The notes beneath the pieces are model-generated. The model was not told where the DNA came from. It saw only the letters and a list, made by a program, of their open reading frames with translations, and searched no databases. A stretch of 63,242 bases of DNA, counting the filler, from Intoshia linei (lineage: Eukaryota > Animalia > Orthonectida): NCBI GenBank assembly GCA_001642005.1. It is 4 parts of 4 records of this genome, joined end to end, with 100 filler letters (N's around TTAATTAATTAA, not from the genome) between each part and the next. Parts side by side here need not be neighbours in the genome. Positions count along the whole stretch, not along the records: positions 51,823 to 62,066 come from LWCA01001283.1; positions 62,167 to 63,242 come from LWCA01002810.1; 2 more parts are not named here. One strand, given 5' to 3'. Position numbers and translations under genes: made by a program. Positions 52,202 through 63,242 of the stretch are shown here, in pieces (within the stretch, counting starts at the first letter, position 1; the number at the start of each line of letters is the position of its first letter).

Positions 52202-54145
52202 TATATTATAAATAAAACCGGTTATTAACCGGTTTTGACATCTTCGCTTATTTGTCAACCTTAATTCTGAGTCGCGTTTTAAAGTAATTAACATTATCGT
52301 AAAGCTCAACCTCAGAAATTGACTATATCTTCATGGTCAAAATCTCAAAATTTAGCCTGTTCGTAATATGAGGATAGTCGCGAAATGTTTAATTATTCAT
52401 TAGGGTGGTGACTCACGACTCGTGAGATGCAAAAGGTTGAGAACCACGAATTTTATGTTTATATTAATTTGTAAAAATTTTTAAATTACACACTGCATAA
52501 TAATGTTTAAATATAAACTTTGTTCCCAATCAATATTATCAGATTTTTGGGATAAATTTTCATTTTTTTGACGTCGATAAATGTTAACTTTCGGCTAATA
52601 CACATTTTTTATAATATTTTAAACGTATACCTTATATTTTTCAGAATCAATATTGTTTGGATCTGTTTCAACATAAAAAAGCAAATCATCGCAAATGGAA
52701 AGCATTTCTTCAGAAAATATGTACAAATTAAATAAATCATGCCATTCTCCTTTTACATCTAAAATTAGTTAAAGTTTAAAACAAGTTCGGTAATCAAGTA
52801 CTATAAGCTCTAAACATAAGATACTAAATTATCTGTCATGTATTTAAACTTTTACTGTAGAATACAAATTAAATCAAATTTTGGCTATAAATTTCAATTT
52901 TTCAGTTAATAAAACTAAAAAATAATAATTAGATTCAAACCATTTTAAATTTAATCTGTTGAATAAACATTGCATTAAAATCTATTGTATTTTCAAAGTA
53001 TTTTTTGTTAATACAATGCCAGATAAATTTGGCAATTATTACGGAAATAATTCCCTAGTGGCACTGTCTAATTTATAGTTCCAACTGTATCAAATATCTC
53101 AAATATCGAATTATTTTTGAATTTACGTGATTTCGAGAAATCGAACCATAAATGTATATTCACCGTTTAAATAAAAATTTTGACTGAAAACAAAAAACGT
53201 TTAGGCAAATATGAACAATATTTAAATATTCTACAGTTTTATTAATGTAGAAACCCTCTATAACTCTAAACTCATTTAAATATAATATAATCATGAGAAT
53301 CTACTATATTAAGATGATATGTAATAAATTAGAAGTAGGGATTTAGAATCATGTAAAAAACGGGCAAAATAAAATAAATACAAATAAATAAAGATAAAGA
53401 TTTTACAATACTAATAATTTAGTACCAATGCAATATATATTTTAGTCTAGTACTTTATACACGTAGTACATGATTACCAAAAATTCATCAATCTTTTCTA
53501 AAAATATCCATAGTAGAAGGGCCTATGATTTTAGATATTAAATGAAATAAAAAATATCTATAATTAATGTTAATTAGATTATTACTTTGCAGATCAAATC
53601 GCTTAAAATATGTTTAGGATATGTTTATTTGCTATGAAGGGATAAGTATATTTACTAGTTATGCCAACAATTAAAACGTTAAAAAGTAATTTTAAAACTT
53701 TTAAAATTAACCTATTTGATACATATGACATTGTCAATAATTACTGATTATAAATGAGAAAAAATGGAATGAAATGAAAACACATGTCAAAAATGAATTG
53801 TTGTCAGACAATAATATAAAAACTTGTCATTTAAAATTTAAACCAAACCTGAATGTGTGCTTTCATCCAACTTTTTGTAATTTTTTACCGTTTCCAATAC
53901 CGTCACTAAATCCATTAAATAAGTTTCATTTACTTCTGTTGGCATAGATTTATATTAACATATTATGTTAATTAAAAAAAATTTTGTCATCATCTTTAAT
54001 CTCTTCGTTGTAACGAAAGTTGTTGAGATATTCAAGTATTTATATTGAATTTTTTATTTCAAATATCTGAATGGCTAATACGTTACAATTAATTAAAATT
54101 TAATAATTTTAACTAAAATTTATAATTTATTCTTTTATAAATCTA

Positions 54146-54297
54146 AACCTTCAGATCGTGCAGGTTCTCGTTCAGGGGAAGTAGCCGTTCTAATGACGTT
54201 TACGGAAGAATGGTCTGCTGGCACCTTTATCGGCCTTCGGGCAATTCTGGTACGGGCCTACTTTGTCTATACCGAATTTTTCTAGGTCTATAGACCT
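54146..54297 (+). ncRNA. U4atac-like (U4/U4atac family) spliceosomal snRNA
   Basis: GC-rich island. K-turn CCGTTCT-AAT-GA-CG(TTTA)CG-GA-AGAATGG; TTCTCGTTCAGGGGA and TGCTGGC can pair with the conserved U6atac segment GUUAGCACUCCCCUUGACAAGGA; GCC(TTCG)GGC hairpin; stem GGTACGGGC / GTCTATACC; Sm-like GAATTTTTCT; 3' hairpin AGGTC(TATA)GACCT. Confidence 0.65.
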
Positions 54298-54398
54298 TTT
54301 AAATAATTGTCAACATTTTAACAAATTTAGGCTAAACTTTAGCCCAATTTGACCAGTATTATTTATTACTTTTTTAACATTATTTTGAAATTTATATA

Positions 54399-54585
54399 TA
54401 GTCAATTCTATTCCATATGAACATAAAGGACCAGGTTTTGATCATGTTTATACTATACAGTAATATGAACATATATTAGTGGCGATAATAATATAATTAA
54501 GTTTCGAAATGTCCCACTCAATGTTTGTTCAAACAAAATTGTCGTGGTTATATTGAGCTAAGTTTATATACAACAGAATCGACTG
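54399..54585. mobile_element. Tc1/pogo-type MITE (family of 25551-25755)
   Basis: TAGTCAATTCTATT / AACAGAATCGACTG-TA ends; reverse-complement match to 25551-25755. Confidence 0.75.
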
Positions 54586-54590
54586 TACTA

Positions 54591-54771
54591 CAGTAATATT
54601 TCGATTTAGTCACGTTCGATTACTTAAATTTTATTTTATTTAAAAAAAATTTTTTGCAATCATTATGTATTATTTATTTTTTATGTAAATTTATTTTATT
54701 TTGAATAACCATTTAACTCCAAATAAACTAAAATTAAAGTAATCGAACGTGACTAAATCCAGGTATTATTG
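54591..54771. mobile_element. Small TA-flanked MITE with ~35-bp TIRs
   Basis: TA-CAGTAATA..GATTTAGTCACGTTCGATTACTT / AAGTAATCGAACGTGACTAAATC..TATTATTG-TA. Confidence 0.85.
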
Positions 54772-55203
54772 TATACACATTGTGTGGTTGTTTTTTGTTG
54801 AGATACTGCTATAAATTCTTAATTATAAAAAGTAATTTAATTAAGAATGTATATCAGTTTATTTTATTTTGTCTGTCTGTTTCAGTTTATTTAAAAAAAT
54901 AAGATGAATCGAGTTTTAAAAATTCTATATTTCTGTTACTGATTTTTTAGTTTTTTATCGCAAAGTTGATTTTTTGAAATTGAGTTATTCAAGGTCAAAA
55001 ACTGCAATTATCATTTTTTTATTGAAATTAAAATTATTGTTAGAATTATAAAAAATACATAATCTGATAAAGATTATAAAATTATCAACATTACGATAAA
55101 TTTCAATTTTAAAATCTTATATCTTCATGGCCAAAACCATAAAGTATCATTTTTTGAAAAAAATGAAAATAATCTATGATGGGACTAACATCATTAATAA
55201 AAA

Positions 55204-55676
55204 GAGAATATTCTTAAACTCAACCATTTTTACTAAACATCTACTTTTATCGACGTTTAAGGTAATAATTTAAATTTTATCAACCTTTAATGGAAAAATT
55301 CGGTTTTAAAAGCCCTTTTAGGGATAATTCCAGTTTTACCAACCTTTAAGGGAAAAATCCTAATTTTATGATTTTTGATAGAATCTGATGCTTTCGGGAA
55401 AACTTCTTTATCACTAATCTTTCTATTTGAGAATTTTGTTTTGTTTGTGATATTGAGTTTTTATAAGATACTTCGCAATTCTGTAAAACTAGATTTTTTT
55501 CTTAAAGGTTAGTAAAACTAAAATTTTTCTTCTATGATTGGTAAAACTGGAATTTTTCATTTAAGGGTTTTTAAAACAGAATTTTTCCTTTTAAAATTGA
55601 TAAAACTGGATTTTTTTTTTAGTGTTGGTAAATTTTGATTTTTAGTAAAAATGGTTGGATTTAAGTAGACACCCTT
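55204..55676. mobile_element. Foldback-like element built from inverted minisatellite arms
   Basis: Left CTTAAACTCAACCATTTTTACTAAA plus (TTTTACCAACCTTTAAGGGAAAA)n; right arm inverted, ending TTTAGTAAAAATGGTTGGATTTAAG. Confidence 0.6.
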
Positions 55677-55802
55677 AAAAAATTACTATTGATGGTTAAA
55701 TCCAGTTAACACACAAATAATGTCAATCTGACAAAGTGACGTCTTCATGGTCAAAAAAGCACTTTAGTATTTATTTTTTTAATTTCTAAAGTATTTTATT
55801 TA

Positions 55803-58144
55803 CAGTTCGCGACACCTTAGAGGGTAAGTTTTTTAAAATCTTATTCAGAATTAATTCAAATTTGGCATACCAATTTATCATTAGGTTAAATACATATTTC
55901 ATTAGTGCAATAAGTATTACATCTCAAAATGGTCTACATAACCTATAATTTTTAAATTCAATTTAAATTATAATAATTTTAAATTGTAAATTTACATTCT
56001 TTGTTACTATTGAGTTACACACTGAAACTGTTTTTATTATACATTCTATAATTGTAATTCCAAGCACATGAATTTAAAAGTAATAAAATTTTAGCAATAT
56101 TTTATGATTATTTTAGTTATGATCTCTTCCATTAAAATTAAACCATATAATTAATTATGTAAGATCTCAACGTTCAAAAACACTGTCATATGCAGAAAAA
56201 TTGGACATATTGATGGTACAAGCTAAAATAAGATTAGAAAATCTTGAAACAAAAAAAATATACCAATCGGACGAAAATCAAATATAATTGACCCTAATCT
56301 TCGAACTGCAACATTATTAAGTAAAAAAATAAACCTGGTTCATAATACATGGAAAACTTATGACTAAAAAATTGTCAAAGTAGCAGGTACTAAGGAAAGA
56401 CCAGATAAAATAGGGCATATTCAAAATTGTGGAATTGAAATTGTCATGTCCATCAGAATATTTTTAAGATCGCGAAGATTAAATAAAACCAGAACCGTCG
56501 CAAGAGATGTAATGATAATGCTATTAGAACACGGATACTTAAATTTTGATATATTAGATGAAATATCCTTTTCCTCTAATTTGAGAAAAACTCAAAGGTA
56601 TCTTTAAAAAAATGGTTATAAAAGGGCATAAAGAAAGGCAAACATTTTTTAAAATTATCTCAATCAATTAAGCTACTGTGTGGTCAATACATATCAAAAA
56701 TTATAGAATTTCCAAATAGACGAAAAGTCTATTTAGATGAGAGCTTTATACATCACAATTATGCTAGACATGAAGATTCACTTTTATCCAATGGATGACG
56801 ATTAACAAAATATAAGGGGTAAAGATACTACATGATAGCTGCTATAGTTAGTCAAGTCAACTATTTACTATATGGCCGAGGAAGAAGGTCACTTGGATTA
56901 TTTACACCTCCATATCATTCTGATTTACAACCAATCGAATTGATATGGGCCATAACAAAAGGTGATGTTGGGAGACAATACGATATTAATATAAACTTTA
57001 AAGATGTACTTTATAGATTGAATAATGCCTTTAATGATCTTTCCAGTGACGTTATTCAAGGTTGTATAAGAAAAACTGACTCATTGATTAAAATTCTATA
57101 TGAATAAATAGTAGAGATAGAGATGCTAGCCGAATTTTCCGAGGATTCAGATTGTTCTATTATAATATAGTTAATAATTATATTAGATTAACAAGAAATG
57201 TGAGTATAAAATGATAATATTTTAAAATATGACGATAATATTTATAGTGCTTTATATTATTTTTACTACTCTCAATGGGGATCAAAACAGAAATCTTCTC
57301 GTGCAAAAAATAATTATGTTTGCCGATGAGCTCCGTTAGTATCTACTTTGAAGAGAACCAATTCTGTTATTTTGTACTTTATAATAAATGTATTTTTGAA
57401 ATTTTTCAAAGAACGTGCTGTAACTGCTCCATATAAATAATGAGATGCAATCTCTATTTTTCCGAAACTGTATATCAAATTTCATGTTTTTTAATTATAA
57501 TGAAGTAGTTTATGTTTCATTCCAATGAATCTGTTTGTAATTTATTTCGTAGTCTTCTATTCGTTTTTTTTAATTTATTTTTATTCTTTTATCCCACCGA
57601 AGTATTCATACATCGTTCAAAAAACGTATTTTTTTTAAATTGTAAATTGATTATTTTTTTAAAATCATTTTATCTTTTAATATTTTTTTATAATTTTATT
57701 TCTTTTATTTACTTTATATTATACAACCTCAACCCTTCAGTTAAATTGAATGTAAATTTGTATTCAAATTTTTGACAACAAATAATGAATAAATCTCATA
57801 TTATTGTCTTATTTATAATATAAATAAGTGCTTGTAATTAATAGATACAAAATGTAATTTTAGTACAAAACATAATTTAAATTTACTAATAAATAATAAA
57901 ATGTGCATAATAAAAACATTTTCAATGTGTAACTCAATAGTAACAAAGAATGTAAATTTACAATTTAAAATTATTATAATTTAAATTGAATTTAAAAATT
58001 ATAGGTTATGTAGACCATTTTAAGATATGATACTAATTGCGCTAATGGAAAATGTATATTACCTAATGATAAATTGGTATGCCAAATTTGAATTAATTCT
58101 GAATAAGATTTTAAAAAACTTACCCTCTAAGGTGTCGCGAACTG
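55803..58144 (+). mobile_element. IS630-Tc1-mariner superfamily transposon, 2342 bp, ~240-bp TIRs, TA TSD, defective transposase
   Basis: TA|CAGTTCGCGACACCTTAGAGGGTAAG...CTTACCCTCTAAGGTGTCGCGAACTG|TA; transposase relic 56150-57170 with VYLDESFIHHNYARHEDSL, KGKRYYMIAAI and FTPPYHSDLQPIELIWAITKGDVGRQY; stops, frameshifts and an apparent central deletion. Confidence 0.93.
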
Positions 58145-58251
58145 TAAAACAAAATATTTGAAGTAATTAACGGTCCTATAATTAAAAAAATTAGATTATT
58201 CTTACACTATTAAATTTAAATTATGAAAAATAAGTCGATTAATTTTATTAG

Positions 58252-60479
58252 TTACAAAGTCCGCTTCATTTCAGATTGAATCCAATCAACAATGTTTTGA
58301 GTTCTACCAAATATTGATCCAGATAGGCCATCACCTCTATTGACCAACAAACTTGCAACCCCAGCAACTATATTTGAATTGTTTTTTTTAATTAAAAATG
58401 GTCCACCGCTATCACCCTATACTATATTATTTGATAAGTTATATGTAATTAAACCTGACAAATCCCAGATTTATTATTTGAAAAAACACAAAATTGAAGT
58501 TGATTTTCTTGTACAGTTAAACTACATTCAGTTGGATCTGATACATATCCGTGAGCAAAATTACTAGTCTCACTGATATCACCATCTAAAATAAAATTAT
58601 TCATTAAAATTCTTACTTATATAATATGCTATGCAATATTTGTGTCTGTGTTACCGTTTATTGCAATAACTACCATTATTAGAATTTTATAAAGTCCACA
58701 TTTCAATTACAGTTTTTTCTGGGAGTGTTAGCAAAATAAATTTCAAGCTCCCAAACTTACATCTTACGGGTCAAAAACCTGTTAATTGTCCTTTTTTTTA
58801 AAATAATCAAACGAATTCGAGAACTTAAAAAATATATACTCTGATACGGATTTTAAAATCATAAATATTATCATAAATTTAAATTTAAAAAAATTATATA
58901 TTTAGGGCCTAAACCACAAATTACCCTTTTTTTTAAAGAAAACAGCCCTAAAATTTAAAAAAAATTACGGGTGGTACAGTTGTATCCTGTTAACACACAT
59001 AAAAAATTTCAATCCAAATAAGTGAGTACAGTTGTATCCTGTTAACACACATAAAAAATTTCAATCCGAATAAGTGACGACCTTCACGGTAAAAAAAGCA
59101 TTTAATTCATATATTTTTTTCCGAAACATTTTATTAAAACAAAAAATGTGAATTAATTAACAGTCCGAAAATAAAAAAAAAATTATTCTGATAGAGCTAT
59201 TCCAGTTGATATAAATACAAAAGTTTAACCCAAGAAATCTACGCATTCCCGATAAAAAATAATTATTTATATATTATCAAGCAATATTTTTCAAATATTT
59301 CGATTAAAATAAAAATTAAAAATGTAAATATTGATCCTACAATTTCAAAAAAAATGTACATTGAACGTCTACACATTTCAAATAAAGTAATATGGGTGAA
59401 AATCTATATAATTCATTCCTTCAGAATTTTGTATTCTGATTTTCTCATTTTCACATTTCGTTTAAAATAAAGTGACCAAAAAAATACGTACTATCAATTT
59501 TAGTTTATTTGGTGTTAAATGTAAAGGCAAAACTACTGATCTATGATGACGAACAAAAATTCATCTATATTTATTTGGTAATGGAAACTGAAATTTTTTC
59601 AATTCATTCATAAATTCGACTAGAATTGTCAATAATATAATATAATTTACCATATGTTGTACATCCCCAACCAACAGAAAATCCAGATTTTGTTTCTATA
59701 GGCCATCCATCAGTTTCATTTAAGGGCAATTGAGCAATTTTATAATTTGTTTTCTCAGAAAAACTGTTCTTTAATCTTAGCAGAGCAAAATCATAGTTGT
59801 AATTAACTAAATTATTTAAAGAATAAATAATGAATCCGTGTTATAAATAAAATTTACCGCTGCTGTTGTAAAGTGGGTGAATGTGAACAGTGTAAGCATG
59901 AATTTGTTCAAATTTCCAAGAGTTTATATCAAAAAATGAACCTATTCTATTTTTAACTGCATCCATAAATCCACTCTATGAACATCAATTTAATTTTTTA
60001 AAGTTTACCTTTAATTCCACCTCTCCGGCAGTAATATGCCAAATGTCGGTATTCATATTTCTGTTTTTATTTTTATAATATCATTTACTGATAAATTTTA
60101 TAAATACATTTAAAATTATTTTATATCTTAAAGTCCATTTAAAAAATTTAATAAGCCTACTAAAAAATTACATATACTCTTCGACACAGTGAGCCGCAGT
60201 CAGGACCCAAAATTTCCCGACTAAAGTGCCTCCACAATGTACATATTGATATGACGTTGGTATAGGCAATTGTATATTAAAAAAATTATACTGGGGTATT
60301 TTACCCCAGACATTGACAAGTTCAAGATATTCACCATCATCAATTGAGTCTCCGCCCAGTATTTTTCCATATTCCACTAAAGCATTTACAATTACTAAAT
60401 TTTATTTTTACATTATAATAAACTTTTTAAATATACCCGTCAAAACAAAAAATATAAAAACAAATTTCTTCAGTTCCAT
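58252..60479 (-). CDS. Secreted S1A (chymotrypsin-family) serine protease zymogen
   Basis: Seven exons (approximately 60479-60437, 60394-60178, 60060-60009, 59975-59858, 59806-59651, 58585-58455, 58416-58252). Signal peptide MELKKFVFIFFVLTVIVNA, activation site K|ILGG, HCGGTLV..WVLTAAHC, YDFALLRL, VGWGCT, SGICQGDSGGP, DWIQ. Catalytic triad intact. Confidence 0.95.
58610..59425 (+). mobile_element. Non-autonomous Helitron in protease intron, 3'-truncated
   Basis: TTCTTACTTATATAATATGCTATGCAATATTTGTG start; 52-bp internal tandem duplication at 58975-59077. Confidence 0.8.
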
Positions 60480-61557
60480 TAAAAACAATAAATGTAACAA
60501 GAGATTCCTGTTCAAAAGTATCTATGACTACCTTTTTTCATTGACACCGCAGATTTGTTGAAATGTAGAACTCAATTAATGACACTTTTCAATGGTCTAA
60601 TAATTATCATACACTCCATGTCATACTATGACAGTTATACTCGAATTCAAAGTTGAATACAGAAACTGGCAAATAGTAGAGAAAATATTGTATGTTTATT
60701 AGGTATTATTAGGTTGTTATATAGTTATAACTTTAACGTTAAATGTGATAAATTCTTGATATAAATATGATGTGGTCAATGATCATCATTGTAATCAAAA
60801 ACGCATGTAAAAATACCTCTATAAATATATATAAATTTTAATAAAAATTGAGCTTATCAATGAATTTATAACAATAGAAAATCATTCTAATATAATCTAT
60901 TATTTTGTTATTATTACTAATTATTTTGTTTTCTAAAATTTTTAAAGCCCAACCAAATATTTACAAGCCCCAATCATATTTTCTAAGCCCCACGTTGGAA
61001 TCACTGGGCTAAATGGATTAAGGTTTGCGTGCGCTTTTTTCAATTTTCTTAATTGGAATAATTTTATTTTTAAAGATGAATATGGTTGATGTATGCCCAC
61101 TAAGTCTTAGTGACTAAAATGTGGGCAAAATTTGGAACGAAATAATTTAATATTTAACCGCACAGAGATTATTTCGATACAAATTATTTTCAGTAAATAA
61201 TGTCACTTTGAAAATGACGATATTCATAATTACTACAATTTTTTAGGAGTGTGGACAATGTCCATTGGACATGTCCGTATCCCTATTTTTAAATTCAGTT
61301 AATTAAGTATGAATTTTAATTACGGATTTTTTCATAGTAGGATTGGTAAAACTAAATTTTTCCTTTTAGAGTTGGTAAGACTGAATTTTTCATATTAGAG
61401 TTTGTAAAACTGAATTTTTCATTTTAGGGTTTGTAAGGCTGAATTTTTTTCCTTAAGGGTTTGTGAAAATGAGTTTTTCCTTAGGGATTTGTAAAAGTGG
61501 ATTTTTAGTAAAAATAGTTGGGTTTAAGAATATTCTCAATTTTAATAAATAATAGTA

Positions 61558-61760
61558 CAGGTATCCATCGATTAACGAAATTTATAAAGCCAGAATTTCA
61601 ACCGCGTTAATCGAGGAAAGTTTGATTATTTAGGTTTATTTTATACTTTTGAAAAATAACTATTGATTTTTCTTTGTTTCTTATCTATATCTTCAGATAA
61701 AAGATCTTCGTTCTCCAAGTAGTGTAGAACGAGTTTATACGTGAAAGTTGTATTTTAATT
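61558..61760 (-). mobile_element. pogo/Tigger-like element end with transposase C-terminus
   Basis: TA|CAGGTATCCATCGATTAACG terminus with an internal CGTTAATCGAGG repeat (similar end at ~42008-42029); minus frame ends ...DIDKKQRKINSYFSKV*. Confidence 0.5.
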
Positions 61761-62066
61761 TAAGTGATTTAACACGATAATGAATGTAAATAAACTTAAT
61801 GTTGTGGTTACATTACACCTTCCCCGTTAGGTTTCGGTGTTGTAATCTGAGATATTTGGGTGTCTTGCGTACTCGATAAAATAGTTGAGTTTTTTGGATA
61901 AGATTGGTTGATTATTTTCATAATTTTGGAAGTTGTAAGATTTTTTTTTGGTATCGATTTATCGTAGTTTTTTTTTTGTTCTTATATTATATTTTAATTG
62001 TTTTTCCTTCGCTTGTTTAATAATATCGTAAAAATTTAATTTATTATAGTTTTTGAAAGGTATGTT

Positions 62067-62166
62067 NNNNNNNNNNNNNNNNNNNNNNNNNNNNNNNNNN
62101 NNNNNNNNNNTTAATTAATTAANNNNNNNNNNNNNNNNNNNNNNNNNNNNNNNNNNNNNNNNNNNN
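62067..62166. other. Assembly spacer
   Basis: N run with TTAATTAATTAA. Confidence 0.98.
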
Positions 62167-63242
62167 GAAACTAATCGTTACACATGAATATTTTAAAATT
62201 CTAATAAAACTAGAAAAAATAACTTATTAACTAAAGTGAGGCCTCCGTTTGACATCATGAATAATACTTTCTTTTCCTAAACTATCAGAAATTTTTTTAT
62301 AAATAACATATCATCAATAGGTTATATCAGTGGGTGGCACTTTTTTTAGAGTGACTAAAAATTTGAAAATATATTTAGACCTGTAACTGGTAGGTTTCCA
62401 AACCAGAATAGAGGTGAAACATATTATTAGAAAAAATAAATTTAACACATTTCACACGTCCCACCCTTCAGAATAAAATATTTTTTATTATTATTAATTA
62501 TTGAAACGCATTATATCCAAATTGCGAAAGTTTTTTAAAAATTGTGAGTGGTATTTTTTAATGCACGGCGTTAGATATGCATCTATACATGCTAAAAATA
62601 TATCTTAGAATGAAAGTATAATTAAAAAAAATTAAAAAATATACTTTTTAAACCACGTGGTATTAATTTTATCATTGGTAACATTTCTGAAGATATTGAA
62701 ACTTGTTTAAATCCCATATTTGAGGCTATATCTCTGACAATTGTTTCATGCTTAAAATATCTAAAAACAAAATAATGGAGTTTAATAATATTACACTAAC
62801 CCAGGATTTCCCAAATATTGGTCCACGGACTATTTTGTGACCCGTGAAAAATTTTTTACTAATTAAAAGTCAATTTATTCCGTTGTTTATAATATTTTTT
62901 ATGGTTGCCTAGTAATTTAGCTTTAATGGTTCGCGGTAGGTTCGACAGTGAACATGTCCCACGTTGGGAAAACCTGTCTGAAATTAACAAAAACTGTATT
63001 AATTATCATATGTGACTAATATATGCATTTTACTATACTCTGCATAATTATAATTATAATAAGTCATAAAATCTATTATTCAAATAATAACAATTAATCT
63101 AGGTAAATATGATAGTGATTATCATACTTATCAAACTAAATGAATATTGTTGATAAATTAAGACGAGATACACGTATAAAAATTAGGTTATGCCATGAGT
63201 AGATCGAGAACTCAGCGAGCCAAAGCAATTAAACTGCATAAA

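Overview
Very AT-rich eukaryotic (metazoan-type) genomic DNA. It is in four pieces joined by 100-nt N spacers carrying TTAATTAATTAA (26510-26609, 51723-51822, 62067-62166). Genes are split by many minute introns (37-41 nt) plus some kb-size introns filled with transposons. This architecture suggests a compact animal genome such as an orthonectid, which is a guess. Genes reconstructed by hand: GCLC (5'-incomplete), SLC35B1, an intronless orphan secreted protein, an MFHAS1-like LRR-Roc-COR protein with a degenerate GTPase site, a PRXL2B/SelU-family gene, a multi-exon uncharacterised gene, IQCH and an S1A serine protease. Two features are absent from the ORF track. (1) The PRXL2B/SelU gene (27428-28233) has an in-frame TGA in a UxxC motif and a canonical SECIS element in its 3' UTR, so it is a predicted selenoprotein. 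(2) A ~150-nt structured U4atac-like snRNA lies at 54146-54297. Non-coding space holds non-autonomous Helitrons, Buster-type hAT MITEs, Tc1/pogo MITEs, a long-TIR IS630-Tc1-mariner element and transposase relics.
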